Shown here piece by piece: positions 1 to 13,569 of a DNA stretch of 64,000 bases (positions within the stretch are counted from its first letter, which is position 1; every line of letters begins with the position of its first letter). The notes beneath the pieces were generated by a model. The model was not told where the DNA came from and made no database searches. It was given only the letters and a program-made list of their open reading frames with translations. The position numbers and the translations under genes are program-made. Source of the stretch: Podarcis vaucheri (lineage: Eukaryota); the NCBI GenBank assembly GCA_965113315.1, contig OZ220365.1. One strand, written 5' to 3'.

Positions 1-449
1 CAGCTCTGTAGGGCTGGGTGTCCACTTGACATATGGCTAAAGCATTTGAGAGCTGCAATGTGCCATGAACCTGCAATGTGTATGCTGCCGGACCTGCTGT
101 GTCAGCTACAGGCTTTTGCCTGCTGTAGCTCTGCATCACTTTTTTCTGAGGAAGTATAACCTGTCACTTGACCTGTCTCTTGAAGAAATATGTATCTACA
201 TCCTTGACAGTTGTCAAGAACCTTCATTGAGCTGTATTGGCTCTTCTTAACCCTGTCTGGTGAGCCAGGCTTTGTCTGCAAAGTAATGCAAGACCAGCTG
301 GATTTTCTGTTCATTACTCTTCGAGTTTTCAGCTGTTCTCTTGTATTTTCTATCCCTTAATAAATTTACTCATCTCCTCCATCAGAGGCTGTATGCTATC
401 AGTTGCTGAAACCACAGGAAATGAGAGATGGGTCACTAGCCTAATCCAT

Positions 450-760
450 CAGGCTTTTCTTAGGTTCCTAAATCTAACCACAAGACCCAAGAGAATCCTT
501 TTCTGGCTTGCCCATACACTGAGATCATTAGCTCAGGTCCTCCTGGTTGTCCCTCAGCCTACACAAATCCATCTGGAGACAACCAGAGGAACGACCTTTT
601 TTGTAGTGGCTCCCAGCCTTTAGAATCAGCGCCTATCTAGCTGTGAGATAGGCATCTTGATTGGCTGAAGACCCATTTATTTACTGAAGCATTTACTACT
701 GTTGTCACCTAGCTTTTAGTATTTGTATTTTCCTACTGTTTATATTGTATTTTTTTCCTG
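450..760 (+). mobile_element. Degenerate L2-clade LINE 3' end
   Basis: Decayed 'LRS...LL.VP....HLETTRG.TF.VVAP.L*N' motif (ORF 393..623) followed by a T-rich tail; resembles the better-preserved copy at 36620-37010. Confidence 0.55.
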
Positions 761-2502
761 ATGTTATTGTATTGTTGTTTTATGGAAACCTTAGGGGAAT
801 CCACCCTGAAATTTTCAATGAAGGGTGGTGCACAAGCTTCAATCCAAAGCCCCCTTGCACCAGCTTGAGAGGGACTGTATTGGGTGGGAGTTTTTGTTCA
901 TCAAGCCCTGCTGACTTCTGCTCACAGAGCGATACCAACACCCCTTCCCACCCACCAAATGGGCAGGTGAGTGGAAGTACTGCTAATGGGATCTCTGCCA
1001 GTAGTAGCTTGCAGAATGCTGTTCTGTAGGATGGGCTGAGCCATGCCAGGGATCTGCTGAATCCCAGCTGACTCCACTGCCATCCCTCGACAACACTGGG
1101 CTTCGTCCAGGGCCAATGGCTGTACTGTCTCCAGGCTGATGGAGTGATTTGCCTTTCTTCCCCCAGCATACCTTCCCAGGTGTGAGCAACAGGGCTGCAG
1201 ATATTGTGGTTTCTCCATTTCGCCACACATCCCCACTTCCCAACCAGGGTTTGGATTATCCTACAACAGCTTGAAGAACTAAGTAAATGAATGAATATTC
1301 TGAAAACCTTGATAAATGGAAGTACAATTTGCACAGAATGTCATAGCTCGTTCTTCAACCCCACCCACTTGCCTGGAGTAAAGGTATCCAGGCAACTCCC
1401 AGCTGTCCTCTGTTCTTTTGCTGGTATATGCAGTCTGAACAGATTTAAAAGGCTTACACTGCGACACAGAAGCAACAAGATGAAACACCCAGGGTGGAAA
1501 TGTTATCGAGAATCAAGGCTCCCCTCCTGGTCTCTGATCCAATTTCTCTTAAGCCAAAAAGAAGTAATATTTTGTCCTTGGGTCCCATCCAGCAATTTGC
1601 TTTGCTCTGCACTAATCTATAATTAAAAAGCAAGAGAGTAATCACAGATGCAAAACAAGATGATAAATAGCATATTTGCAAATGTGTGTAGCATAATGCA
1701 GTGAAATGCCAGTTCCCGTCAAAAACAGTCAATGTGCCAGCTTTGCAGTTGGTCTATATCAGTAGCAAGGGAAGTGGGGAACCAACAAGTCCATGAGAGA
1801 GATCTGGTAAAATAATTAGCTAGTAACTGCTGTAGTTAAGGCTGAAAGCTAACAGCTGCTTTGAATGTTCATAGGAGGTAGCCAGAGCAGAGTTACAAGG
1901 TTTCCCCCCTTCTTTTTCTTGCACTTCCAGGTCTTGTCCAAAGTGGGTAGAGGACCATTTCACAAGATTCATATCTTCCTTCCCTTCCAATGAGACTCAG
2001 GTGGGTGGGGACAGGAAGCACAAGTTACTTGTGCTTCCTTTCCATTTATGCATTGCTAAGTAAAATCTTTATTGTTGTGGTCAATGACCAGCAGTGAGAA
2101 AACAGAATAAGAAGTACATAATATATATTATCCAAGTGTGTATAATAAAGAGAATAGAATAGAATAAGGTAAATAAAAATTGGCATAGAGTGAAATGAAA
2201 TGGGCACAAAAAAGCTTAAAAGATGAAATCATGTGACGAACTCCAAAGGGAAAAATTACAGTGTCTGAGCTCAAGTTAATGGTTGACTTTACTTGCTGCA
2301 GCACAGTCCTTGGTCATAGTGAGAGTGATATAGATGCACTTTGATCTGAAAGGAGTAAAAGGACACAAAATGCATCTGATCATCCTGACAAGCTTGACAA
2401 GAGGGAGCCAATAAAGATTTTGCACAAATCATGGTAGGAGGACATGGGTCTCTTACTTGACCTCTCCAAAGTCACAGGGGCACTTGAATTCATGGTAGGG
2501 TT

Positions 2503-2534
<32 letters not shown>
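2503..2534. repeat. (TG)n microsatellite
   Basis: Visible dinucleotide run. Confidence 0.95.
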
Positions 2535-2535
<1 letters not shown>

Positions 2536-3841
2536 CCTTCCCTCCAGAACTGCTGTAGGGAGGACATTTAAGTAGGCTGGGAGTACAGAAAGCTAGCTAG
2601 TTTGTTGGACAGGAATTCTCTGTCAATTAGAGTGTGGTTGGAGAATGTGGTTGGATGCATTGCTTGGGAGCATTGCTAAACAAGAGAAAATGCACCAGCA
2701 GAAATGAAGGCAAAAGAGGGCTCAATTTTGTATATAATTTGTATCCGCTAATTTATAGGCATAATTATAGATTTATAATTAGTATATTTTTGCATAGTCA
2801 TGCACCTCATGATTGTGACGAAGGCTATGTGTAGACATGCAGGGAATGAGGTCTACTTGCACAAGGCGACTTCCCCCCTCCTCTCCTTGTGTGTCCCCCC
2901 CCATCTAAACCTATGGGGGGTTTCCTTCAAACTTCTAGAGCAGATTTTGAGGGTGCGGGGGGAGGGAGGAAGTCTTTATTTCGTACATAACACAACTTAA
3001 CAGGGGTGCCAACTTGAATAAAATATTTAGCGGGGGGGGGGGGTAGGTAAGCCCCACCCCACATAATCAACCATGCATGGTGCACACACACCATTTGAAT
3101 GGCAATGCCAATTAACTTTGAGGGGACCGGCCCCATCAAATATTTTATTAGTGGGGCCAAAAGGTAGGACAGATAGTCACCCTATTTTGAATGCTCAAAG
3201 CAGTGACTAAACATATGCCTACTCACCCTTTGATGGTACCAACATCAAGGGATGACTTGTATGATGTATGCCACAACAATCCAATACAGACAGACAGAGC
3301 TTTCATATTTCTTCACACCACCCCAAACACGAGATCTTTCAATACAGGGAATAAATTCCTCAGAGCTGTGAATCTTCCAGTGGCATTATCAAAGAACTTT
3401 AATATTGCCTTACATCACCAAAACACCTCACACGCACCTGAGATCTTTCAATAGAGGTAATGCTAGAGTTCAGCTGTCAGTCACCATGCGATGCTAACAA
3501 GTGGATGCCCAGAAGTCAAATGACAGTTATAGAAAATAAATTGAACAAAACAGCAAACTAAGCAAACTAAGTGTATATTTCCTATACGAAAAGGAAAAAG
3601 TCACAAAGAGAGTGGGATAAAGTTAGTCTTGGATGCTAAATGGCCTATGGTCCCACTTTAATATTTCAGAACCACAAATGACAGGGCAATAAGTCTACCC
3701 AAAGCAACTTCTGTGAGCTTGGCGGAGCACCAAGGATCCTCCTATCTTGCTACATACAGAATAAAAGGTACCCATTTCCATCAAATCTATTGCACTGCTG
3801 CAATCCCTTAAGGACTTGGCCGTGCTGCATTAATCTCTTTG

Positions 3842-4257
3842 TTAATGTTGTTGTTTAGTCGTGTCCGACTCTTCATGACCCCATGGACCAGAGCACGCCA
3901 GGCACTCCTGTCTTCCACTGCCTCCTGCAGTTTGGTCAAACTCATGCTGGTAGCTTCGCGAACACTGTCCAACCATCTCATCCTCTGTCTCCTTCTCCTT
4001 GTGCCCTCCATCTTTCCCAACATCAGGGTCTTTTCCAGGGAGTCTTCTCTTCTCATGAGGTGGCCAAAGTATTGGCGCCTCAGCTTCACGATCTGTCCTT
4101 CCAGTGAGCACTCAGGGTTGATTTCCTTCAGAATGGATAGGTTTGGTCTTCTTGGAGTCCATGGGATTCTCAAGAGTCTCCTCCAGCACCATAATTCAAA
4201 AACATCAATTCTTCGGCAATCAGCCTTCTTTATGGTCCAGCTCTCACTTTCATACAT
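3842..4257 (-). mobile_element. Bov-B (RTE clade) LINE, 5'-truncated 3' fragment
   Basis: ORF 3808..4257 YESESWTIKKADCRRIDVFELWCWRRLLRIPWT...LEKTLMLGKMEG...WRALVHGVMKSRTRLN is the Bov-B RT C-terminus; (CAA)n-like tail. Confidence 0.93.
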
Positions 4258-4785
4258 TCTTTGTTAATACCAATGTCCAAACTTTAGTCCACCCCCTAGA
4301 CATGTTTTCACTACAGTAACTAAGTGGATCAGCCCACTGCCTTCCTCAGGGCTGGCACGTCCCATTTCGCCACTTGGGGTCAAATGGGACATGCCACCCC
4401 ATTCTGCCACCCCACCCAACCTGCTGCTGGCATTGCCTGCTGAGCCACTTCTGCCACTGGCAGAAAGCAGTGCATACATTGGTGCCAATTTCCGTCAACA
4501 TCTCGTCAGAAATTGGTGCCAATGCCAGCGCCATTTCTCTGCCAGCATAGCTTCTGAACCTGCACTGTTTCTTTGCCAATTCCACTTGTCTGCCAGTGAT
4601 GGAGACAGCAGGGCAATTGGAGTACCCATGGGTCTTCTGCCACCTGAGGAAGCTGCTTCACACCACCTAATGAGTGCGCCGGCCCTGGCCTCCCTTCTGG
4701 GTTACACCTTGATGTATGTTCCACCTGCCAGCCTAGAACTTCATGGGGAGGGTAACATAATCATTTTTCTTTCCTCGTACTATTA

Positions 4786-5205
4786 GAATCATAGAATCAT
4801 AGAATCATAGAATCATAGAATCATAGAGTTGGAAGAGACCACAAGGGCCATCGAGTCCAACCCCCTGCCAAGCAGGAAACACCATCAGAGCACTCCTGAC
4901 ATATGGTTGTCAAGCCTCTGCTTAAAGACCTCCAAAGGAGGAGACTCCACCACACTCCTTGGCAGCAAATTCCACTGTCGAACAGCTCTTACTGTCAGGA
5001 AGTTCTTCCTAATGTTTAGGTGGAATCTTCTTTCTTGTAGTTTGGATCCATTGCTCCGTGTCCGCTTCTCTGGAGCAGCAGAAAACAACCTTTCTCCCTC
5101 CTCTATGTGACATCCTTTTATATATTTGAACATGGCTATCATATCACCCCTTAACCTCCTCTTCTCCAGGCTAAACATGCCCAGCTCCCTTAGCCGTTCC
5201 TCATA
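4786..5205 (-). mobile_element. CR1 LINE 3' end with (ATTCTATG)n tail
   Basis: [22 protein letters not shown]...[20 protein letters not shown]; (AGAATCAT)x5 at 4786-4825. Confidence 0.95.
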
Positions 5206-6403
5206 TTAAATTGATCTACAGATGGAATAAGTGGTTTCTGTGAAAGATCTGTAAATCCAATGATGAGAATATTATCATCATACCAACTTTTCCAGGAAGT
5301 GGAAGAAACTCTGCCAGAAAACCAAATGTGGAATATTTCTAAAATTATGTATAACAAAGGTTCCAGTAAACATATTATGGACCCAGTTCCGTTTAGTACC
5401 AAACTCAGTTCATTATTCCTTTGGCTCATTTCTCTTACTCAAAGGCTTCTCCATTCATATTGCAACCACACACATCATATTTGACTGCTTTCATGATTAG
5501 TTAATCATTAATAGGCCTTCCATCGTAGCCTTCCTCTTGCTCAGTATGTGGCTCTCATTTATTTAAAGAAATCGGCAGTCATTTGTTACAATAAATACCA
5601 TTAATTGTAATGGATTAACTTTCATTATAATAAAACATACACTCAACAGTAATCAATCTACAGAAACGGGGGCCAAAGATGTAGTGAGCTTTTTGATATT
5701 TAAAAGGCCATTTCTTTTCTTTTCTTTTCTTAAGCAACCACTATATCATTTATTACATAATGCGCACCTAATGAGTCCCATACTAGAAATGGAACTTTAA
5801 TTCATAGAGATATAATGGTACATTTAATCAATGTAGTTTGCGATTTGAGTTTTCTTAAAATAAATGGCATGCTCCTTGTGGGGGGGGGAGCATGCTTTTT
5901 AGGAAAAATTATTTGCAAATCAGCATTGTCATGGTGGGTGATGTACATGTCTGCGACTAAAAATTTATTTCTATTTGCTGATTATGTTGCCTCTGACAGT
6001 GCTTATTGATAGAATGATCTGGCTCCCCCAAATGCTTCACTTTTCCTCATGTGTGGCAGTGCTTCGCATGAAGGATTACCTCCCAGTGGCCCTTGTGTAT
6101 GCACTGAGTTGTGAATGCAGTTTTCCTTGCACAGAATCAGATTGCATCATTCTCTTAGCTTTGCTACAGACTATTATAATTTAATGTATTACCCACCCTT
6201 CACCATAAGGTCCCAGGGCAAGTCACAAGAATTTAAAATACAACATTTAAAATAGTTTAAAACAAACTGCAATCACAAGAATAGAATGAGTACTAAATTG
6301 TGTGTGTGTGGTATCCAGGCAAGAAGGTACACACAATCCGAAAAGGTTGATAGGGATCTTTATTCACGAAATGTCTGCAACCAGATCAAAGTTTTGGCTT
6401 TGT

Positions 6404-6413
6404 TACACACACA

Positions 6414-6445
<32 letters not shown>
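6404..6445. repeat. (CA)n microsatellite
   Basis: Visible run. Confidence 0.95.
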
Positions 6446-6446
<1 letters not shown>

Positions 6447-7185
6447 CCTCTGGCCCCAAACTTGGGTACAATTACACTTATGTTCCAGACTGTCCATGTT
6501 CTATTCCTCAGTGTAATCTTTTAAGTTGCAAAAAATAAAGTGCAGTTTGAGGTCTTTCAGCAAAACTAAACCCAATTCTGCATGAGGAACGCAACAGACC
6601 TCTGATCTGCATCAACAGTTGATGTAATGTGATGCTGTCCGCCCAAATCATTCTTCAAACTGCTACTTGTCACGAAACCTGAGCCACGTCAAGCTCCAAG
6701 GGCAATTGCTGTTTTACTGAGCAATGATGTTGATCTCTGAAGTTCCATCTATAGATACTTCATCTGCTGGTATATACAGTTACTATTCAGGGGCATCTGG
6801 TTGGCTATTGCACAAAACAGAATGCTAGACTACATGGACCTTTAGTGTGATCTAACAAGACCTTTGCTATATTTGCAGTGCGCCCTGTAAGACTGAACTG
6901 GAAGGGAAATTGATGTCTCTGTGACATTATTGCTGGTGTTCAGTCCCACTGAATTTTATTGACTTATTTCAGGGACAGTATTTCAACATCAATGCGTTTC
7001 AGGGCAGTATTTTAATCTCAACATGGCTACCACTAAAAATGAAAAAGCTTTGGAAAAAATTAAGTGCAGTGTGGGACTTCTTTCCTTGTGCAATAATCTC
7101 TTTATGTTGCATTGGAGAATTATATGGTGATTTTAAATTTTTTTTTAAAAAAAATAGATTTTCTTCTGCTCCTCTTCTGCGTTAG

Positions 7186-7816
7186 AAAGTCTAGAAGAAA
7201 GTAATTAAAGGTCATTTAAGGGACATTGCATCTACTCCAGAGATATCAGTACATTACTCTGAAGTCTCCATGGGCTTCATTCAAAGTGCACTAGAGAAAG
7301 TTGTAAAGCATTACATTTCATTGATGGGCATTATGCTGTACATTCTTTAATTTTCAGAAGGCAGAGTTTGTGCATCACTTAAAAGAACCGATTGATCAAA
7401 TTAGTAAAGAAATCCTGCTTGGGAAAAGATATTATGTTCTATGGTTATTGTAGCTCCGACAATATAAAATATCCTGTATTTGCATCAGATTGCAGAGAAA
7501 TCCAATCTAGGAGAAAAGCATAACCTACTTTAAATGAATGCTGAAGAATTCATGAAGACGAGGCTTTACCCAGAAATAATAGTTGTGTATCCAGGAAGTA
7601 ACAGCTTCACTGGTATTTATCTTCCTGGGCCGGATTCTGGCATAATATTTATATTCTTTGGATGATACATAAGATAGTTATTACCTGAATTTATATACCA
7701 TTCCACATCAAGGCTCTCCGAACGAGTTATATTAAAATGTACATAAAAATAAATAATGAGTGCAAGAAAAACTGAGAGAAATGAAAATGAGTGGATGGAT
7801 TTGTCCATTCCTACGC
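7186..7816. pseudogene. Coding-like, frame-broken segment (possible decayed exon; strand unresolved)
   Basis: Plus strand: polypyrimidine acceptor ending 7185, then KV*KKVIKGHLRDIASTPEISVHYSEVSMGFIQSALEKVVKHY / QKAEFVHHLKEPIDQISKEILLGK / MNAEEFMKTRLYPEIIVVYPGS. Minus strand: AG..GT-bounded 132-nt exon 7816-7685 encoding a hydrophobic stretch. Confidence 0.3.
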
Positions 7817-7904
7817 CTAAAAGACAGTAGGAAGGCTACCAAGTGGTCCTCCTTGGTAGTATCCTAGCAGGGGCCACCCAGAATCACCAATCCCTTTGTA
7901 CTGT

Positions 7905-8420
7905 AAATAAATAAATAAACCTTTATTGTCACTACACCACCTGTGTGCAGTGAAATTAAACGACCCCCCCCCATACACTCAATCTTGTTCACACTCTGTG
8001 TGCTTGTCGGAAGTCAATTGCACCAATATTTTTGTTTTCATTTAGCAACCCAACAGCCCACAGATAAAGCCTGTTCTTTAACCTGTTGGTGCGGCTGACT
8101 ATACTTCTATATCTCCTGCCTGACGGTAGGAGATTAAAGAGGTGCTGGCCGGGGTGTGAGTCGTCCCTAAGAATTTTCCTCGCTCTCCTGAGGCAGTCAT
8201 CTAGCGAACTCAGGGGACAGCCCATGATATCATGTTCTGCATTCACCACCCTCTGTAGGGACTTCCTGCCCGTGGCTGTCAAACCAGCGTACCACACTGT
8301 AATACAGTATGAAAGGACACTTTCTGTTGTGGACCGGTAGAAGGAGATCATCCATTTTTGTTTGACATTGTTCTTTTGCAAGACCCTGAGGAAATGGAGT
8401 CTCTGCCGGGCCTTCCTATT
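7905..8420 (-). mobile_element. Rex1/Babar-type LINE 3' fragment
   Basis: KARQRLHFLRVL...FYRSTTESVLSYCITVWY...LRDDSHPGQHLFNLLPSGRRYRSI...RTNRLKN; (TTTA)n tail. Confidence 0.85.
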
Positions 8421-9077
8421 GTGCATAATTCCCAAGAAAAGGAAGATATGCATTTTAAAATAAAAGCTTTACAACATACATTTTTTTACCATCACGAGAA
8501 AATTATAATAGCAGAAAGGATGCAGGAATACTCCAGCAGAAGCAATGCTCTTTATTTTAAACACACAGATCAATTTAGGTTGTTTTTTAACCAGCCTTAC
8601 CTTCCAATTGAATTGACTGTTGTAATTAGATTGTTTTGGTTTTCATTACAACTTTGTGCTCTGATTAGAGAGCCGCGAAGTTGTAGAGACTGTGCTTACA
8701 CTTTTACTGGGCTTCCCATGGTTTTCTACTCAGAAGTAAGCCCCACTGAGTTCAGCGGGACTTACTCCCAGGTAGCTGTGTATAGGATTGCAGCCTGAAT
8801 CAAAAAGAAAAAGCTTTGGAAAGCAAATCTTTACAAGCTGTGAAGCTGTTGGAGGGCGCAGAGCTCTATTCTTAAGTACCTTTGTGATGGACTAGAGAAC
8901 CAGTTGCAGCCCTAAGGGCTGTATAAGAATACATCGTGTGAGCATTGGATTTCATATGTGACTAGAGACTTTTCAAAGGACGGTAAGAGAAGAGATAACA
9001 AGGAGCAGGAACAAGGTCACTGGTGTCATTCATCCATGTTTGCTTCAAGCTTCAAGTGACAGATCATTCTCTTCTAG

Positions 9078-9110
9078 GTTGACTGACAGGTTTCTCCCAG
9101 TGGATATCAG
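9078..9110 (+). other. Candidate 33-nt exon (LTDRFLPVDI)
   Basis: ttctcttctag acceptor and perfect CAG|gtaagt donor; next acceptor ends at 9204 (94-nt intron) and continues in frame as RLSLSGPGHSTPVIEATDPNCPVRKRR. Confidence 0.3.
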
Positions 9111-9544
9111 GTAAGTCTTTGCATTTCTCACTAATTTCCTCCATCTGCTGCATTCTTACTCAACCATTTCCACAGGTGATTAAATCTTTCTTTCCCTGCC
9201 ACAGGCTCTCCCTAAGTGGACCGGGCCATTCTACTCCTGTCATAGAGGCCACTGATCCCAACTGCCCAGTGAGGAAGAGAAGAAGCTTCTGTCACTGAGG
9301 ACTCCTATCATCTCCGCTTGCTGCTGGGCACCTCCTCATCCTTCCCATACAGTCTTGGAAACAACTGCCCTGTGGGGTAGAACAAGAGGAACATCTGCTG
9401 TAGTGGTGATGGTGCCAAATGGGCAGACACCATCCCTGCTAAGCTTCAGACCCCTGGCTAAAATGATTCTTGTTTTATGAGGCCTTTGTACTTTCAATGC
9501 TGTTCCGGTGTTTTAATATCTGGTGTTACGCTTCTGGTTTAAAA

Positions 9545-10260
9545 TAGAATCATTGAATTGTAGAGTTGGGAGGGATCCTGAGGGTCATCTAGTCCAACCC
9601 CCTGCAATGCTGGAATCACAACTAAAGCATCCATGGTAGATGGCTGCCCAACCTCTGCTTCAAAACCTCCAAGGAAGAAAAGCCTACCACCTCTCGTGGG
9701 AGTCTGTCCCAGTCTCAAACAGGTCTTACTATCAGAAAGTGATTCCTGATGTTTAGTTGGAATCTCCTCTCTTGTAACTTGAAGCCATTGGTTCAGGTCC
9801 TAGCCTCTGGAGCAGGGGAAAACAAGCTTGCTCCATCCTCCATGTGACAGCCCTTTAGATATTTGAAGATGGCTATCATATCTCCTCTCAGTCTCCTCTT
9901 TTCCAGGCTAAACATACCCAGTTCCCTCAACCATTCCTCATAAGGCTTGGTTTCCAGACCATTGATCATCTTAGTTGCCTTCCTCTGCACACCTTCCAGT
10001 TTGTCCCATATTCTTCTTAAACTGTGGTGCTTAGAACTGCATACAGTACTCCAGGTGGGGTCTGACCAAGGCAGGACTATGACATTCCTTGACCAGGACA
10101 CTAGACTTCTCTTGATGCAGTCTTTTTATTTTTTTCTGTTGCTGCTGTTGATTCAAGTTAGGCTGGTGGTCTGCTATGACCCCTAGATCCTTTCAACATG
10201 TACTACTGGCAAGCCAGGTGTCCCTCATCTTATACTGGTGCAGCTGGTCATTCCTGGTTA
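9545..10260 (-). mobile_element. CR1 LINE 3' fragment (older, diverged)
   Basis: [51 protein letters not shown]; degenerate AGAATCAT tail. Confidence 0.92.
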
Positions 10261-10474
10261 TATCACCAGAGCTCTGGTATACTGTCGTCTACCCAATCTG
10301 ACACCTTTCACTGCTAACGGGGTAAAAAGCATGGAACATGTGACTGATTCTGGCATGGCTTCACTGAATTAGTTCCAGCACACTTTTTCCCATTTGAAAG
10401 GAATACATGTGGAAACTATGACATAATGGAAAATCCACATGGACAGGAAGAAAGATCAACAAACAGAGTCTTAC

Positions 10475-10562
10475 TGTTCCTGTTCATGGATATAATGGGC
10501 AGGGAAGAATATATTTTCATCTGTAAGGAATGTTTTCCATGCACACCTCCACACTTATTTGC
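10475..10562 (-). other. Candidate 88-nt exon, phase-compatible with exon 7816-7685
   Basis: tttttccttcacag acceptor, ACA|gtaaga donor; spliced reading ...MKIYSSLPIISMNRN-SVGMDKSIHSFSFLSVFLALIIYFYVHFNITRSES. Confidence 0.3.
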
Positions 10563-10762
10563 CTGTGAAGGAAAAACGTTTTCAACATAGCAGTCACACC
10601 AACACTGTCTTTTGATATACAAAACCACGAACAGCACAGAGCTGGTGGCAAGGGAGAAAGGGTGGCTTTAATCTGATGATCTGAAGTTCTTCACATTATC
10701 TTCCATGCCCCCTTTGGTAGATGCAAAATGCGATGGTGCTATTTTGCCATGAAAGTCTGCCA

Positions 10763-10766
<4 letters not shown>

Positions 10767-10818
<52 letters not shown>
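10767..10818. repeat. (CT)n microsatellite
   Basis: Visible run. Confidence 0.95.
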
Positions 10819-13569
10819 TTTATATTCGCAGGAGTAGAAACATCTGTGGCTATGCCAAAATCCCTTCGTTTTCCTCCAATGCAAATGCAAGAAGCTATTT
10901 CTCTACTGCAGGCAAAATATAGTTGAGCAAGATATGCCAGGAATAGTGGGTGATGGTTAAAGAACTGCTTCTAATCTTCTGGGACATGGAAGTGATGGGT
11001 TGGCCAAGGATTTGCTGGATCCTAAACTGGTCCGGTGCCTGGAGAGGGGCCTAATCCAGGACTCTCTGTTATGCCACCCTGGAACTGGCACACCCACATC
11101 CACAGATATTACGAGGTCCCCCATTTTCTGTCCTGGACAGTACGAGCAGGGCTTTCAATGTGGCAATGATTCTGCCATATTCCTTGACTCCCATGCTCCC
11201 TAGCTAGAGATAGGACTGCTATGACTGCCGTCAGTGTTGTCCCCCATACTTGCTCATCTACCTCCTCGTGATCCTTCTCCAGTTGCACACTGCTGCTTCT
11301 TCTTGTTAGGGTGGAAGTGGCTGATCCTTTCACTTGGGGGCGGGGAGAGGAAATCCTTATTCCATAAGACACAAAAGATACCTTGTTAACTTCCTAAGGA
11401 GGAAGATGCTGTAGTAAACACTTGTGTTTGGTTGGGAATGGCTGAGTGTTTGGTTTGCTGCTCTGCCTGTCTTTTCAGCCTTGCTCAAAGAATGGGCGGG
11501 AATAAATTTGGAAAGGAGAGCAGAGAGATACAAGAGGGCATAGCCACAGAAGGCTAATAAATTAAACTTATTCCTCAGCTAAGCAGAATAACAGTATTTC
11601 TGAAACTTCAGATAAAGCCAGGATCTTAAATCACCTAACCTTTATGGGATATCTTTATGTGACTTTATTGGAGAAGTCATGCATTTTCTTTCTTTTCATG
11701 TGCTGTCGCAGCAAGCTCTATGCTACCACCTTGGTAAATCTGATATATTGTATACTGCATAACTACTTTTTTCTCAGTTCCCTTTTGTAATCATTAAAAT
11801 AATTAAAGCCATACCCTCCCTATAATGAATAGTATTTGCACTGATCCATTGGCATTAGTTGCTCTGTTCATTTTGGCCAAGGCCAATTTTATTACATTCA
11901 AAGAAAATAAATATTTATTGTGTTACATGAAACCCATTTTCTATGTAAAAGTTTCTGGATTCCTGCTTTTATTAAAAGTAAATCTACATTTCAATAAAAT
12001 TTTACCTTTTTTAAGTATAAGGTTACTTTTCTAATGGGGGTCTTTTAAAAGGCCTCTTATAGTTCTGTCTCTATTCAGCAACCAAAGGTAGTTCACTTGA
12101 AAATACTTCAAAGGGATTCCTGTAAAGTGATAGTTACACATTTTTTAAAAAGTGCAGGTTCAACATGTAGAGCCAGGTGTGTGTATCTCTCATTTCCCAT
12201 GTGCTTGGGACATTTTGCAGGAAAGATCTGTTGTGTGTGAAAAGAGCAATCCACTAGTCTCCCTTACATGTATACATGTATATATGTGTAAATAAACCAT
12301 ATATCATAATGACACTACAGTCACCACTATGCTTCATTTCCAAAAAGGAAGCATGAACCCTGGGTAAGTGTGCCTGGAACCCCGGGAAACATGCAGGGTG
12401 GTGTGCAAAAGTACAAAATCTCCAGCTAACTCTGGAAGCATCAGTAATGGGTTAAGTGCTCAGAAGCAAGTCAACAAATCAATGGGGAGTACTCTGCTTG
12501 AGGTGGCTGCCTCAAGCCACAGATTCTGGTGAAAGCAGAAGCCCTCATCATTCCTCCAGGTTCTCCTCAACTAGCTCGCTGCCCTCAGATATCGCAAAAG
12601 ACCAGAGGCAGGGCATCCCATTTAATCACCTGAGGAGAAATGGGAACATACCTGGGAAGCCAAAGAGGTGATACTCTTGCCAGCAGAGGCAGGGCATGAA
12701 TCCTCTTTTTCTTCCGCTGCCTGAGGCAGCTTTTTCACACCCACCTCATGGGTAGTCCAGCCCTGTGCAGGATGTTGCCTCTTTGTCACTGTTGAAATAG
12801 GATTCAACTGTCGGTGTGATCCGTTTCTGTCATTTATCCCTGACTGCTGGCCATGTTGACTGGGACTGATGGGAGTTGGAAAGCCGAGGTTAGCCAATCC
12901 TGCTGTATAGGCTGAGTCCAATTCTCACCGAGTGAGCCTCCCTGGCCTTCCCCCATTCTTCCTAACAACTTAATCCTGAACAGCATTCACATCTCTTCTT
13001 TTCCCATCTGCTGTTGCTTCACATCAAAATATATTTGGCCATCCCTGCAACTGAAGCAAATGAGGGTCATCTCTTGACACATAATAATAGTTGTTCTGTT
13101 ATACCACTTCCTTCTGCTTGGATGCAAATGACTTCCAAATTCTACGTATGTCCCTCTTGCAGTTTCCATAAATGGAACTATTCTGTAATGGCTCCCCCCC
13201 CCATGCTAGCAAACACGATCCGGGCCAGCATGTTTGTTATGCTTAGACTAAACAGCCGTCTTTGGTACGAAATGACAGGAGATTTTTTTTTTAAAAAAAG
13301 CAACAATAAGCAAGGCTCCTTGGATAATGAGTGAAGAGAATTAATTGTCCATCTGTCTTGTATATGAATCTCATGCAGGACCGCCCACGCATGTGCGCAT
13401 ATGCAGGCACACAGAAAAGAGACCTTATCTTGCTTGAAATCTCTGATCTCAGACAATAACAGAAACTGTTGCACAGTAAACTACACTCAAGTGTAACCCC
13501 CAAGTGAAAACTCACATGATTATCACCCTCAGCATTGCTTTAGCGCTTCATACATCTCAGAAGAATTCC

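Noticed and set aside
780-1334. Longest ORF in the track (184 aa, minus strand)
   Set aside because: No recognisable domain or splice structure; overlaps repeat-like GC-rich sequence; likely chance.
3808-4267. ORFs of 142-149 aa as host genes
   Set aside because: They are the Bov-B RT C-terminus and its antisense.
4786-4825. Regular 8-bp repeat as a CRISPR-like or satellite array
   Set aside because: It is the standard CR1 3' microsatellite tail; no spacers.
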